Source: Flavobacteriaceae bacterium (GTDB taxonomy: Bacteria > Bacteroidota > Bacteroidia > Flavobacteriales > Flavobacteriaceae). Taken from it: 64,000 nt of DNA. Position numbers and translations under genes: made by a program. The stretch covers positions 162-64,161 of the forward strand of contig PAAD01000042.1 of NCBI GenBank assembly GCA_002698745.1, read 5' to 3'. Shown here piece after piece: positions 29,008 to 39,350 of this stretch (position 1 is its first letter; each line of letters starts with the position of its first letter). A model generated the notes under the pieces. The model did not search any database and had not been told where the DNA came from. It saw only the letters and a program-made list of their open reading frames with translations.

Positions 29008-31137
29008 TTAGAATGAAGGGGGAGGAGTTTTTATCAACCATTTTAAATCTGATATATCATCGTTGTAAATTATTTTACCACCAAGCGCAATTTGACTTAA
29101 ATCTATCCATGTGCTTTTTTGTTTTTCCCCATTTAAGGTCATGGATTTTATAAAGTCAATATTATTATTTGACTTTATGATTTCCAAAATATTTTTACCA
29201 ATTGATATTTTAATATTATCAAATTGAGGAAGGTTTAAAGAAAAACCACCGATTCCTGGAATTACTGGGTATAATCCAATAGATGCTAACACATACCAAG
29301 CACCCATTGTTCCAAGGTCATCATTTCCTGGTAAACCAGAATCAGAAGTATTATACATTGAATCTAGAATTCTTTTTATTGTTAGTGATGTTTTTTCAGG
29401 AGAATCAGTCCAGTTGTAAATCCATGGCACATGAAAATCAGGTTCATTACCGCTGGCAAACCAGTCGTCTTCATATCTTGCATCCAGTCTTTCAAATAAG
29501 TTATCTAGCCTTTTTTCAGCAAAAGCTTTACCACCAATTTTGTTAATAAGGCTTTCCAAATCATGAGGTACCATCCAAAAATAATTTTTATAAGTACCCT
29601 CTCTCCAATCAGATTTGATGTCTTTCCATTTGCCATTGGGGTACCTTGAATTCAGCCATTTAATTTTAGGATTATAAATGTTTTCCCAACTTTTTGATCT
29701 ATTTATAAAAAAGCTATAATCTTCATTTAACTGTAATGCATTTTTTGCAAATTGTCCAATGGCATAATCTGATGAGATATATTCTAAAAGCATTGATGCA
29801 AAAGTATGCCCATCTCTAATAAACTCTGTCAAATAGGGTCTAATTTCTTGTTTTTGAGAATTTAGTCGAGGAATTGTAGCTCCTCTTTTCATATGAAAAT
29901 ACGCCATATTAACATTAAAATTTTTTGCGCCAAAAGCATAAGAGTTAGATATTAGAATTGGAGTAGGATCACCTTGCATAACACCGGTTTCAATATTTGC
30001 TAAAATCCATCTCCCATAACCGCCAGCTTGATCAGCAAAATCTATGAGAGATTGTACCATATCACTACTTTGTCTTGGAAAAAGAAATGCTAAGAGTTGA
30101 GCTTGTGTCCTGTATGTATCCCAAACGCTAAATGAACTATATTGCTTTCTTCCCTTATTAACTTTATGAACTTTGAAATCGGCACCCATGTACTCACCAT
30201 TTTTATCACTAACAATATTTGGGTGTATCAATGATCTATAAAAGCTTGTGTAAAATTGAATTAGTCTGTCGTTATCATTAGAATCAACTTTGATTTTATT
30301 TAAATGTTTATTCCAAGACTTTGTATTATTCTCGCGATAACTATCAAATGAAAAGCTTAAGTTTTCAGAATTTAAATTTAATTTTGCATTTTCAGTTGAT
30401 ACATATGATATTGATATTTTATAGTTTACTATCTTTTCTTTTGAGGTGTCAAAAGAAAATATTGCTCCTGAGTTCTTTCCAGTAACTTCATTCGATTCAA
30501 AAATTTCAGAATCTTTCCAAACCTTGTTACTGACATATGGCCTATCAAATTCAACAGCAAAAAATATTTTGTAATCGATATCAGTACCACAAAAATTACT
30601 TCCACTAGCAAATCCTTCACAACTTCGATTTGATGTAATATTTATATATGCTTCGGAAACACTAGTTGAGTTTACCCCGCTTCCAATAGCGATTGAACCA
30701 ATATTTGAGTTATTAAATAGAAATTTTGCAAACCCAGTTCTTTCAGAAGCAGTTAAACTAACATTAACGTTTTTATTTACTATTGCTTGTAACATACCAG
30801 CCTTTGACACAATTATTGAATCAATAATGTTTGCCCCACTCATGTCATTTGGAGATTTATCAATTTCACCAGAAAAAGGTATAACAGGAAAATTCCCCAT
30901 ATTTGGACATCCAGCTCCACTTAACTGAGTAACAACAAATCCTTTGTGAGGTGAAAAAAAACTTGGAGTAAACTGAATCATCCCAAAAGGGTATGTTGCG
31001 CCTAAAAAAGTGTAGCCACTTTCAAGACCACTATCTTTAGTACCGATTCGGGTATCTACATAACTTGTAAGATCTTGACTTGCGATATTTTCTAGCAGCA
31101 AAATGTTTAATAACAAAAAAATTAAAATATTTTTCAA
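29008..31137 (-). CDS. GH92 family glycoside hydrolase (divergent, shorter paralog)
   Basis: 709 aa. 'YVDTRIGT', 'ASGNEPDFHVPWIYNW' and 'GNDDLGTMGAWYVLASIGLYPVIPG' are present. Confidence 0.85.
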   Translation of the reverse strand: MKNILIFLLLNILLLENIASQDLTSYVDTRIGTKDSGLESGYTFLGATYPFGMIQFTPSFFSPHKGFVVTQLSGAGCPNMGNFPVIPFSGEIDKSPNDMSGANIIDSIIVSKAGMLQAIVNKNVNVSLTASERTGFAKFLFNNSNIGSIAIGSGVNSTSVSEAYINITSNRSCEGFASGSNFCGTDIDYKIFFAVEFDRPYVSNKVWKDSEIFESNEVTGKNSGAIFSFDTSKEKIVNYKISISYVSTENAKLNLNSENLSFSFDSYRENNTKSWNKHLNKIKVDSNDNDRLIQFYTSFYRSLIHPNIVSDKNGEYMGADFKVHKVNKGRKQYSSFSVWDTYRTQAQLLAFLFPRQSSDMVQSLIDFADQAGGYGRWILANIETGVMQGDPTPILISNSYAFGAKNFNVNMAYFHMKRGATIPRLNSQKQEIRPYLTEFIRDGHTFASMLLEYISSDYAIGQFAKNALQLNEDYSFFINRSKSWENIYNPKIKWLNSRYPNGKWKDIKSDWREGTYKNYFWMVPHDLESLINKIGGKAFAEKRLDNLFERLDARYEDDWFASGNEPDFHVPWIYNWTDSPEKTSLTIKRILDSMYNTSDSGLPGNDDLGTMGAWYVLASIGLYPVIPGIGGFSLNLPQFDNIKISIGKNILEIIKSNNNIDFIKSMTLNGEKQKSTWIDLSQIALGGKIIYNDDISDLKWLIKTPPPSF

Positions 31138-31143
31138 AATCGT

Positions 31144-32898
31144 TTATGGTTTAATTGCACCATTGCCTTTTAAACTTATTTCAATAAATTGACATCCACT
31201 TCCACCGACTGTTTCAACATACCTAATTTTCAAATACCTCACCATTTCATTTGGTTCGACCTCAAATTCATATGAATTTAAATATGCGCCATCTAAACCA
31301 TTTGATGACAGTAAAATCCAATTTGCATTTTGTAGGCTTTCCGAGCTAGTTGGTGTTGAGGTCACTGAATTCCCCGAAGAACTAAAAACAGGAAGTATTT
31401 CGGCATTATATAAGTCATTACGTCCCCATATTTCTAGTTTTGTAGGATTATTTCCTGAAAAATCAAGAGTTGATCTAAAATCTAACTTTACATTTCTGAG
31501 TTGAGTATAAACCCCTAGGTCTAATGTGAAATGTCCAGGTACAGCATTTTCACCTGAGTGATAGCCATATTTGTCACTATATGCCCATGCGGAATTACCA
31601 TCAAATAAATATTTTGAAGGTTCAGCAGAGTAAAAATTACCTGGGTTGTCACTTTGCATAATTGTCATTGAAAAAAGAGATTTATCAAGAGAAATTGATT
31701 CGTTGTTTTGTCCAAAAAAAGTAAGCTCTGTAAGCTGTGAACTGTTGTTAGTTACGGTAGAAATCACTCGATATCTAATATATCGAAAGGAACCAAGGTT
31801 TGGATCAATCATGAAGCTATTACTACTCATGCTTTCCCCATCTATTTCTTTTTCCTTTAATAGTTTCCATCCAGAACTTATAAAACTTTCATTCGTATTT
31901 GAAAGAGTTTCAGCGCCTTCTAAATTTTCTCTTCCCCAAATTTGAAGACTTGTTACATTATTTTCGTTGAAATCTAAATGATTGGGCATGTCTAGTTTTA
32001 CTTTCCTTAAAGTTGATCTCACTCCAAGGTCAATTGTAAAGTGGTGAGGAAATGTTCCTGAGCTAGAGAGAAATGTTTTTTCATTATTACCATCCCATGT
32101 ACTGTCTCCATCAAATAAATATTCTGAAGGTTTTGCTCCATTTGACTCTCCACTTATATCGCTAGGCATCTCTACTATTGAAATAAATCTTTTATCTAGT
32201 TCATCATAAGGCAAATTAGGAAGGTCATATTCAACTTGATTCAGTGCAATTGTATCAATTCCATTTTCATCAGATTGAATATAAGATATTGTTTTCATTT
32301 TCGAGCTCGGTATAAAATCTTCAAGTAATATTTCTTTTTCATCTGAAAAAATAGTATCAATTTTAAATATCACAGAATTTATTTGATAATTTAAAGTTGT
32401 AAATAGAACGTTTGGAGATTCAGAATTTCCACCAAAATTTGCATAAGTATACCCATCGCTTTTAACAGTATATTCAGAAAGCTTTCTTGATTCTTGATTA
32501 CTGACAAAAATATCTCCAACTGATTTGCCAGCAACAATTTGGGGTATTGAAAGATTCCCATTTTTATCTTGGGATTGTACATCAAATTCATATGAACTTT
32601 CCTCTAAATTCTCAATAATCATTGACATTATTTCCCCTTCGTTTCCTGTAATCACAAACTCTTCAGATCTATCGTCAAATTGAACAATGACCTTGTTGGA
32701 ATTGCCTAAAAACTTTGTATAGCCTTCAATTTGAGCTCTTTTGTAACCAGGTCTAACATTTAGAGTATCTAATTTTCCAGAATAAATAATTTCACCATTT
32801 AAATATTCACGGTGTATAGAATCCATATCATCACATGAATAAAAAAGGTTTGATAATAAACCAATAAATAATAATATTTTAATTCTTAATGTATACAT
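31144..32898 (-). CDS. Surface lipoprotein with DUF4998-like N-terminus and two discoidin (F5/8 type C)-like domains; putative SGBP
   Basis: Lipobox 'LFYSCDDMD', acidic after the Cys. An internal duplication is visible: 'PSEYLFDGDSTWDG...PHHFTIDLGVRSTLRKVKLD...LQIWGRENL' and 'PSKYLFDGNSAWAY...PGHFTLDLGVYTQLRNVKLD...LEIWGRNDL'. Confidence 0.7.
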   Translation of the reverse strand: MYTLRIKILLFIGLLSNLFYSCDDMDSIHREYLNGEIIYSGKLDTLNVRPGYKRAQIEGYTKFLGNSNKVIVQFDDRSEEFVITGNEGEIMSMIIENLEESSYEFDVQSQDKNGNLSIPQIVAGKSVGDIFVSNQESRKLSEYTVKSDGYTYANFGGNSESPNVLFTTLNYQINSVIFKIDTIFSDEKEILLEDFIPSSKMKTISYIQSDENGIDTIALNQVEYDLPNLPYDELDKRFISIVEMPSDISGESNGAKPSEYLFDGDSTWDGNNEKTFLSSSGTFPHHFTIDLGVRSTLRKVKLDMPNHLDFNENNVTSLQIWGRENLEGAETLSNTNESFISSGWKLLKEKEIDGESMSSNSFMIDPNLGSFRYIRYRVISTVTNNSSQLTELTFFGQNNESISLDKSLFSMTIMQSDNPGNFYSAEPSKYLFDGNSAWAYSDKYGYHSGENAVPGHFTLDLGVYTQLRNVKLDFRSTLDFSGNNPTKLEIWGRNDLYNAEILPVFSSSGNSVTSTPTSSESLQNANWILLSSNGLDGAYLNSYEFEVEPNEMVRYLKIRYVETVGGSGCQFIEISLKGNGAIKP

Positions 32899-32907
32899 GA
32901 CTTTTAA

Positions 32908-34110
32908 TTAATCTACTCCACCCCAAAATGATAATTCGCCAATAACTGTAACCATTTGATTGTTCCATGACTCATCATTAACAAACCTTATATATTTAAC
33001 CTTTTTTTGTCTCGAGTTTAACCCAAATACAAAATCCTCACCGTTATCCTGAAATAAATAATCTTCTTCTGTATTAGATCCTGGAGGTAAACCAGATGGT
33101 TTGAATGACTCAAATTCTCCTAAAAAAATCCACCCATCACCAGGATTATTTGGATCATAAATTGGAAGGTTATCTAAATTTTCTCTGCCAAAAATTCTAA
33201 ACTTCTTAGGATTTCCGTGTTTGTAGAGTTCGCTTCCACCCCTTTGGTAAAGTTTAAATCTATTTAACTTTACTGACTGTCCAAGATCCATTGTGAGTTG
33301 GTGGGGTAGTGGTAAAAATTTTGTGTGACCACAATTCCATTGATTACTCCATGAACCATCCCATATTTGATTTGCAGAAAATCCATATTCGCTAAAACTT
33401 TCATCACCTGGCATTGAAACAATGGAAAAAAACTCTTTTTCTAAAAACTTATCTTCAAGTGGTGTAATTTCAAATGTTCTACGTTCGGTTTGATTTTCCC
33501 ACCTATCTTCGACATATATTATAAATTTAGTTGGTATTGCATCATAACCCCTAAAACTGTAAGAACTTTCCGCTTGACTTGTATAAAAAGATTCTTTAAA
33601 AACAATATCACCACTAGTGTTTTCGATTGACATATTTAATGATACTTTCGCTCTTGTTGGGTTTTTATATTTGATATTTATTCCACCAAAATCTTGCTCC
33701 CCTTGAAAAGATTCTAATATTGCATGTATTGGAGATTCAAGTGGAGTGATTGTTACATTCTCGGCTTCTGATTCGTTATTGCCCAGGTCATAAGCGGAAA
33801 CTTTAACTTGAAAACTGCCTGTTTTCCCGAATCCATCAATATTTAAACTGTCAATATAACCAGATACAATTACTTCCTTTTCAATGTTTTTTTCATTTTT
33901 GTATTTACCACTTACATACAATAAGTCTTCGTCACTTGGAGGTGTAAAATTTATAACTGCCCCTCCGGGCTTATTTACAACAGAATTAATAATAACTTTA
34001 CCAGGAGGTGTTCCATCAGAGCCATATGCTTCATGATTGTCTTCACTACATGATGTTAATACAAATAGTGTTACATAAATATAATTCTTATAGTTTTTGT
34101 ATTTATTCAT
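32908..34110 (-). CDS. DUF4959/DUF5000-type surface lipoprotein with discoidin-like C-terminus (paralog of 13515-14690)
   Basis: Lipobox 'LTSCSEDNHE'. Shared blocks are 'NKPGGAVINFTPPSDEDLLYVSGKY', 'PHQLTMDLGQSVKLNRFKLYQR' and 'VKYIRFV'. Confidence 0.75.
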   Translation of the reverse strand: MNKYKNYKNYIYVTLFVLTSCSEDNHEAYGSDGTPPGKVIINSVVNKPGGAVINFTPPSDEDLLYVSGKYKNEKNIEKEVIVSGYIDSLNIDGFGKTGSFQVKVSAYDLGNNESEAENVTITPLESPIHAILESFQGEQDFGGINIKYKNPTRAKVSLNMSIENTSGDIVFKESFYTSQAESSYSFRGYDAIPTKFIIYVEDRWENQTERRTFEITPLEDKFLEKEFFSIVSMPGDESFSEYGFSANQIWDGSWSNQWNCGHTKFLPLPHQLTMDLGQSVKLNRFKLYQRGGSELYKHGNPKKFRIFGRENLDNLPIYDPNNPGDGWIFLGEFESFKPSGLPPGSNTEEDYLFQDNGEDFVFGLNSRQKKVKYIRFVNDESWNNQMVTVIGELSFWGGVD

Positions 34111-34120
34111 ATTATAATTT

Positions 34121-36064
34121 TTACCAGCCTGGATTCTGTATTAATTTGGGATTACGTAACAATTCATTTTGACTTATTGGCCACAAATAATCTTTAACTA
34201 AAAAATTTCTATAAAATATATTTTCTACTTCATAAAAACTCTCGACATCTGATTTGAAAATATCCCATCCTTGTATTGGTTTACTAAAATATTCATCTGC
34301 AAGCTTCCATCTTCTCAAATCCCAATATCTGTGCCCTTCTAAAGCCAGCTCAATCATTCTTTCTTGATGTATTATTTTTCTCATCCCTTCCTTAGTTAGT
34401 GGTTTTGATGGATTATTTGAAAATTTGTTCCATGTATTAACCAAATCACCGTCTTTATCAAGGCCTGCCCTTGTTCTAACTTTTTGGATATGTTCATATA
34501 CTTCACTATCTGGAGTGCCTTTTACTTCATTTAATGCTTCAGAATACATTAAATATAAATCGGATAGTCTTATAATAGGAAATGAATAACCCTGAATTGT
34601 TGAGCCTTCAACAGATATGATATTTTCATAATGTACCAATTTTTTAGCAAAATAACCTGTAATTGAGTATATCTCGAATCCCTGTTTTCCTGAAAGTGCT
34701 CCTGCTTTAGCGTCAAGATGTGGTATCAAGTTAATGTTTTCTGTTTCAAGTGAAAACCATTTTCCACCATCAAAACCAATTGAAGAATAAAACCTGGGTT
34801 CCCTGTAGGTATGAAGTTTAGATGTATAATAATTGTCTTCGATATAAAACTCATGATAGTTCTCATTTGAATTATCTAAAATTGGTGTTTGCACCACATC
34901 ATATTTATTGTCATAACCCCAAAGCTTATCTTCATAAATTGGCACACCATTATTAGAATAAAAAGTCTCGACCATATTTAAAGTTGGCGCATGAGATTTT
35001 TTTGTGTAACCAAACAATGCAGAGTGATCTGCAGTCCACCTGGGCTGACACCACATTTGAAGATCACCGGTCCATTCTGGACCATATGCCCAAACAATTT
35101 CTGTATTAAATGGTTCTGTTATAGCTGCCCTTAGACTTAATTCTCTTGTAATTTCCTCATTTATTCCACCTACAATAGGAATTTGTTTATTAAAGTTATA
35201 GAGCTTATGCCCATTTGATTCTGCACTTTCTATAGCCTCTTTTAAAGCTTTACTTGCTAAAACCCACTTTTGAGGGTCATAATTTTGGTTTACAAGATTA
35301 TTACCATCACTTCCTATTAGTTCGTTAAAATCAGTATTTCCATTAAAAATTGGACTAGCGGATAGCACTAAAATTTTTGCTTTTAATGCTTTTGCCACTG
35401 GCATTGTTATTCTTCCAGACTCAGTATATATATAGTTTATTATTCCAGGTAAATTATTGTCATTAATTACCTCATCTAACAATCCAGTAATATATGATAC
35501 AATATTGTCAATTGACTTTCTTTCTACATATGTGTTTTCTGAACTATTACCGACATCTATGTTATCTTTTACAATTGGAATTGGGCCGTACATCTGCATT
35601 AACCAAAAATGATAAAATGCTTTTAATACTTTAGCCTCATCGATCCAACGAAGGCGCTCTTCCTCTTCAAGTCCAGGAACATTAACTAAATTTTTTATAA
35701 AAATATTACAATCTCTTAGTGCAACAAACAAACTATGTGGGGCACCTCTTCCACCGTCCCAGTAATTTAAATATGGACTTGATGAATTTTGCATTCCTTT
35801 AGCAAGACGAAAACTAGTTTCGTTATTCATATAAAAATCATTTTCAGCATAGTACCAAACTTCATCGCCTGCCAACAATGAAAAATTCTGAATAACATTT
35901 GCATGCTCAGGAATATATGTGTAACAAGTAGCCAAGAAATTTTCAGCACTTGACCTTGTATTAAATGCTAACTCAATGGTGGCAATATTATCTGGAACTA
36001 CATCTAAGTAGTCTTTTTGGCATGAACACAAAATGAAAAATAAAATCAAAAAATATTTCCTCAT
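34121..36064 (-). CDS. susD: SusD/RagB-family nutrient-binding outer-membrane lipoprotein
   Basis: Lipobox 'ILCSCQKDYLDVVPD' and the C-terminal block 'ERMIELALEGHRYWDLRRW...IQNPGW'. Confidence 0.95.
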   Translation of the reverse strand: MRKYFLILFFILCSCQKDYLDVVPDNIATIELAFNTRSSAENFLATCYTYIPEHANVIQNFSLLAGDEVWYYAENDFYMNNETSFRLAKGMQNSSSPYLNYWDGGRGAPHSLFVALRDCNIFIKNLVNVPGLEEEERLRWIDEAKVLKAFYHFWLMQMYGPIPIVKDNIDVGNSSENTYVERKSIDNIVSYITGLLDEVINDNNLPGIINYIYTESGRITMPVAKALKAKILVLSASPIFNGNTDFNELIGSDGNNLVNQNYDPQKWVLASKALKEAIESAESNGHKLYNFNKQIPIVGGINEEITRELSLRAAITEPFNTEIVWAYGPEWTGDLQMWCQPRWTADHSALFGYTKKSHAPTLNMVETFYSNNGVPIYEDKLWGYDNKYDVVQTPILDNSNENYHEFYIEDNYYTSKLHTYREPRFYSSIGFDGGKWFSLETENINLIPHLDAKAGALSGKQGFEIYSITGYFAKKLVHYENIISVEGSTIQGYSFPIIRLSDLYLMYSEALNEVKGTPDSEVYEHIQKVRTRAGLDKDGDLVNTWNKFSNNPSKPLTKEGMRKIIHQERMIELALEGHRYWDLRRWKLADEYFSKPIQGWDIFKSDVESFYEVENIFYRNFLVKDYLWPISQNELLRNPKLIQNPGW

Positions 36065-36074
36065 AATCTATTTT

Positions 36075-39000
36075 TTAAAAATTAAGATTAATACCAAAAT
36101 TAATTCCAAGTTGAATGGGGTATCCAAGTCCATTTCCACCCATCTCAACATCCCAAATTTTAAATTTACTGAATGTTAATAAATTAGTACCTGTAAAATA
36201 TAATCGTGCATTACTAAGTTTGAGTTTTGATGTAAAATTATTATTGACTGAGTAACCTATTTCAACAGATTTTAATCTTAAAAAAGTCCCATCTCTTAGC
36301 CACCATGTGCTGTTTCTGTTATTATTATCAATTAGTTGATCTGATAGTCTTGGCCAGGCTGCATATAGATTTCTATCATTTTCAGACCAATGGTTATTTG
36401 CCCAAGCTTTTAAAAGCGCATTGTTACCAATAGCTCCACCATATGTATCAATAAAAGGTGAGGAATTATATGCATCTATAAAAAATGAAGATTGAGCTGA
36501 GCCTTGAAAGAAAAAAGAAAAATCAACTTTCTTATATGAAGCAGACATCCCGAAGCCATATATAATTTTAGGAGTTGTGGGATAACCAATAGGAACTTCA
36601 TCATTGATATCTATTATTCCGTCGTTATTAATGTCTTTGTACTTTATATCACCAGGCATATAATCTCCAAAAGTTTGCAAGGGGGAATTTGAAATATCAG
36701 CTTCGTCAATAAACAGTCTTTCTGCAATGTAACCATAGGGTTGTGATAGATTTAGTCCAATTCTAGAACGCCAAGGCAATCCAGCTGTAACATAATCCAA
36801 TTCCTCATAAACTTCATATTTGCTATCTGCATAAGAGAAGTTAGCTCTCAACCCCAAGAATAAATCTTTTCCGATATTATTTTTATAGTCTAATGTAAAT
36901 TCATAGCCACTTGAAGATGCTTCTCCGACATTTGCTCTTACAGGAGCTTGAAGACCCATCGTTGAAGGAATTTGAGCTCTGTCCATAAGAATATTTGATC
37001 TTTTTTCAGTAAAATAATCTGCTTGAATTTCAATGTTGTTAAATAAATTCAATTCGACACCTAAGTTTAACATCTTGGCTTTTTCCCAAGTAATTTGATC
37101 ATTAGCATATCTATTAATACTAACTCCATTGGTGTAATTTCCAAATTCAATTCCAAATGGCGCCCCTAGTGAACCGTCATTTAAATTAACCTGCGAAATA
37201 TAAAAAAATCTATCACTTGAGCTTCCTATCTGATCATTACCAACTATTCCATAAGTGGCTTTTAATTTTAATTTAGATATAACTCTTTCATATTTTTTCA
37301 TAAACTGTTCGTTTGACACAAACCAGCCTAAACCAAAAGAGGGGAAAAATCCAAACCTCTCTGATTTTGCAAATCTTTCCGAACCATTATAACCAAAATT
37401 AAGTTCTGTAAAATATTTCTCATCATAAGCATATGTAAATCTGCCAGAAACCCCAAGGTTTCTAAATGGAAGAGAGCTTTGTAAATTACCAGCATTGGCA
37501 TTTTTAAGTTCTCTCATAATACCAATGATCATTCCGCTAACCTCATGCTTTTTATTAAAAGTCTTGTTGTAGTTTATTGCTCCCTCAAAATATGTAGAAT
37601 TATTAATGATTTTATTACCCTCACTATATTCAAGGTACTCTGTTCCTTGGTTTGGGTTTAATGCAACCAGTGTGTAGGAATCACTTTGAAAGTCATAATT
37701 GCCAAGTGAATAATAAAATGGATTGTATTTTCTCTCAAGGTTGTAAAAAGAATACCTTGATGTATTCCCTAGAAATCTTAATTTTAAGCCATCAGCCATA
37801 AAGCTTAAATCTTGTTTTATTTCAACTGTTGCCAAAAAATTATTGTAACTCTCATCTTTATATCCCCTCATGAGGTCAGCATAAGGATTTAGGTAGTCTC
37901 CAAATTGTCCAAAATTTCCGTAAAGTGCATGAGTTGAGTTTTGAAATTGACTATCAGGCTCATATATCTTAGGGTATAATACAGGATTAGCTTTCATTGC
38001 CTTTTCATATACTTGAGTCCCCCCATCCAAAGGTCCAATATAATCATCAAAGTTTCCATTAAACTTCAAAGCTACCTTTGTAGTTTCAGTAAGATTAACA
38101 TCTATATTTGATCGAAGTGAAACTCTATTAAATTTGATATTATTATTAAAATTATTTCTCGGATCAACTTTTAAATTTCCATTATCAGTATTAATTGTGC
38201 TTGCCAAATAGTATCTAGCGATTTTACCACCACCACTAAGATTAAAATTAAAGCGACTATTTAAAGTGTAATCATCCAATAGCTCATCAAACCAATTTAC
38301 TGTTGGATATGCCATTAAGTTTCTATTTGGGTCTTGCGAGATTAGTATTTTTTCCTGTGAATAGATTCTCCCGCTCAAAGGGTTCCTTGTTGTCAATGCC
38401 TCGTTATGTAACCTCATGTAAGTAATGGGGTCGGCTATTTGCAATGATTTTGTTGGCGCAGAGTATGATTTTTCATACCTAACATTTATTTTGACTACCC
38501 CCTCAATACCTACTTTGGTTGTTACCAAAATAACTCCATTTGCTCCGCGAGCACCATATAATGATGTTGCTGTAGCATCTTTCATTATTGAAAAACTAGC
38601 AATATCGTCAGGTTGTAATCTAGCAAGGTCTGTGGATGTTGTTTCAATACCGTCAATAAGAATAAGAGGTGATCTAGCATAGCCAAACGTACTTACTCCT
38701 CTTATAAAAAATTCAGCGTTATCTCTTCCTGGCTCACCACTTCTTTGATAGGCAATTACTCCTGCAATTCTTCCAGCAAGTGAAGTTGTTAGATTACTTG
38801 TGGGAACTCTAAGTTCTTCAGGATTGATTGAAGTTACCGCGGCAATAACACTAGACTTTTTTTGTTGTCCATAGGCTACAATTGTAACCTCATCAAGCGT
38901 GTTTAAATTTTCAACTAGTTTAATCTCCAAAAATCTATCATTTTTGATTGTAATTAATTCAGTTTTAAAACCAACATAGCTAACCTCTAGTCTTGATCCA

Positions 39001-39191
39001 ATATTAATGGATATGGAAAATTTTCCATCAAAATCACTAATTGTTCCGTTGGTTGTACTATTCTTTTCAATGATGTTAGCCCCAACAACTGGTACATTTT
39101 CATTGTCTAAAACAATTCCATTAACCATCAATTTTTGAGAAAAACAATGGAGTCCAATAAGTATTAAGAGATAATTAAATCTACATTTCAA
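36075..39191 (-). CDS. susC: SusC/RagA-family TonB-dependent outer-membrane transporter
   Basis: 1038 aa with a TTG start. 'YQRSGEPGRDNAEFFIRGVSTFG' and 'NFGYNGSERFAKSERFGFFPS' are present. It is clearly paralogous to 8478-11594 and has no STN domain. Confidence 0.95.
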   Translation of the reverse strand: MKCRFNYLLILIGLHCFSQKLMVNGIVLDNENVPVVGANIIEKNSTTNGTISDFDGKFSISINIGSRLEVSYVGFKTELITIKNDRFLEIKLVENLNTLDEVTIVAYGQQKKSSVIAAVTSINPEELRVPTSNLTTSLAGRIAGVIAYQRSGEPGRDNAEFFIRGVSTFGYARSPLILIDGIETTSTDLARLQPDDIASFSIMKDATATSLYGARGANGVILVTTKVGIEGVVKINVRYEKSYSAPTKSLQIADPITYMRLHNEALTTRNPLSGRIYSQEKILISQDPNRNLMAYPTVNWFDELLDDYTLNSRFNFNLSGGGKIARYYLASTINTDNGNLKVDPRNNFNNNIKFNRVSLRSNIDVNLTETTKVALKFNGNFDDYIGPLDGGTQVYEKAMKANPVLYPKIYEPDSQFQNSTHALYGNFGQFGDYLNPYADLMRGYKDESYNNFLATVEIKQDLSFMADGLKLRFLGNTSRYSFYNLERKYNPFYYSLGNYDFQSDSYTLVALNPNQGTEYLEYSEGNKIINNSTYFEGAINYNKTFNKKHEVSGMIIGIMRELKNANAGNLQSSLPFRNLGVSGRFTYAYDEKYFTELNFGYNGSERFAKSERFGFFPSFGLGWFVSNEQFMKKYERVISKLKLKATYGIVGNDQIGSSSDRFFYISQVNLNDGSLGAPFGIEFGNYTNGVSINRYANDQITWEKAKMLNLGVELNLFNNIEIQADYFTEKRSNILMDRAQIPSTMGLQAPVRANVGEASSSGYEFTLDYKNNIGKDLFLGLRANFSYADSKYEVYEELDYVTAGLPWRSRIGLNLSQPYGYIAERLFIDEADISNSPLQTFGDYMPGDIKYKDINNDGIIDINDEVPIGYPTTPKIIYGFGMSASYKKVDFSFFFQGSAQSSFFIDAYNSSPFIDTYGGAIGNNALLKAWANNHWSENDRNLYAAWPRLSDQLIDNNNRNSTWWLRDGTFLRLKSVEIGYSVNNNFTSKLKLSNARLYFTGTNLLTFSKFKIWDVEMGGNGLGYPIQLGINFGINLNF

Positions 39192-39350
39192 ACGAAAAAG
39201 CTTAAATAAAATGATTTGTTTATATTCAATAAAACTAGCTATTTATTTCGGCTTTATTCAATATTTTGCTTTTTTTTTATATATTTACTCAAATGACCTA
39301 TACATTACATATACAAAGTAAACAAATAGGCTAACTTTTAAAGATCAAAT

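Noticed and set aside
39192-39350. I searched the divergent intergenic region between susC (-) and the T9SS gene (+) for TAnnTTTG -7 boxes on both strands.
   Set aside because: Only near-misses were found (TACTTTG, TATTTTG). I cannot support a promoter call from the sequence alone.
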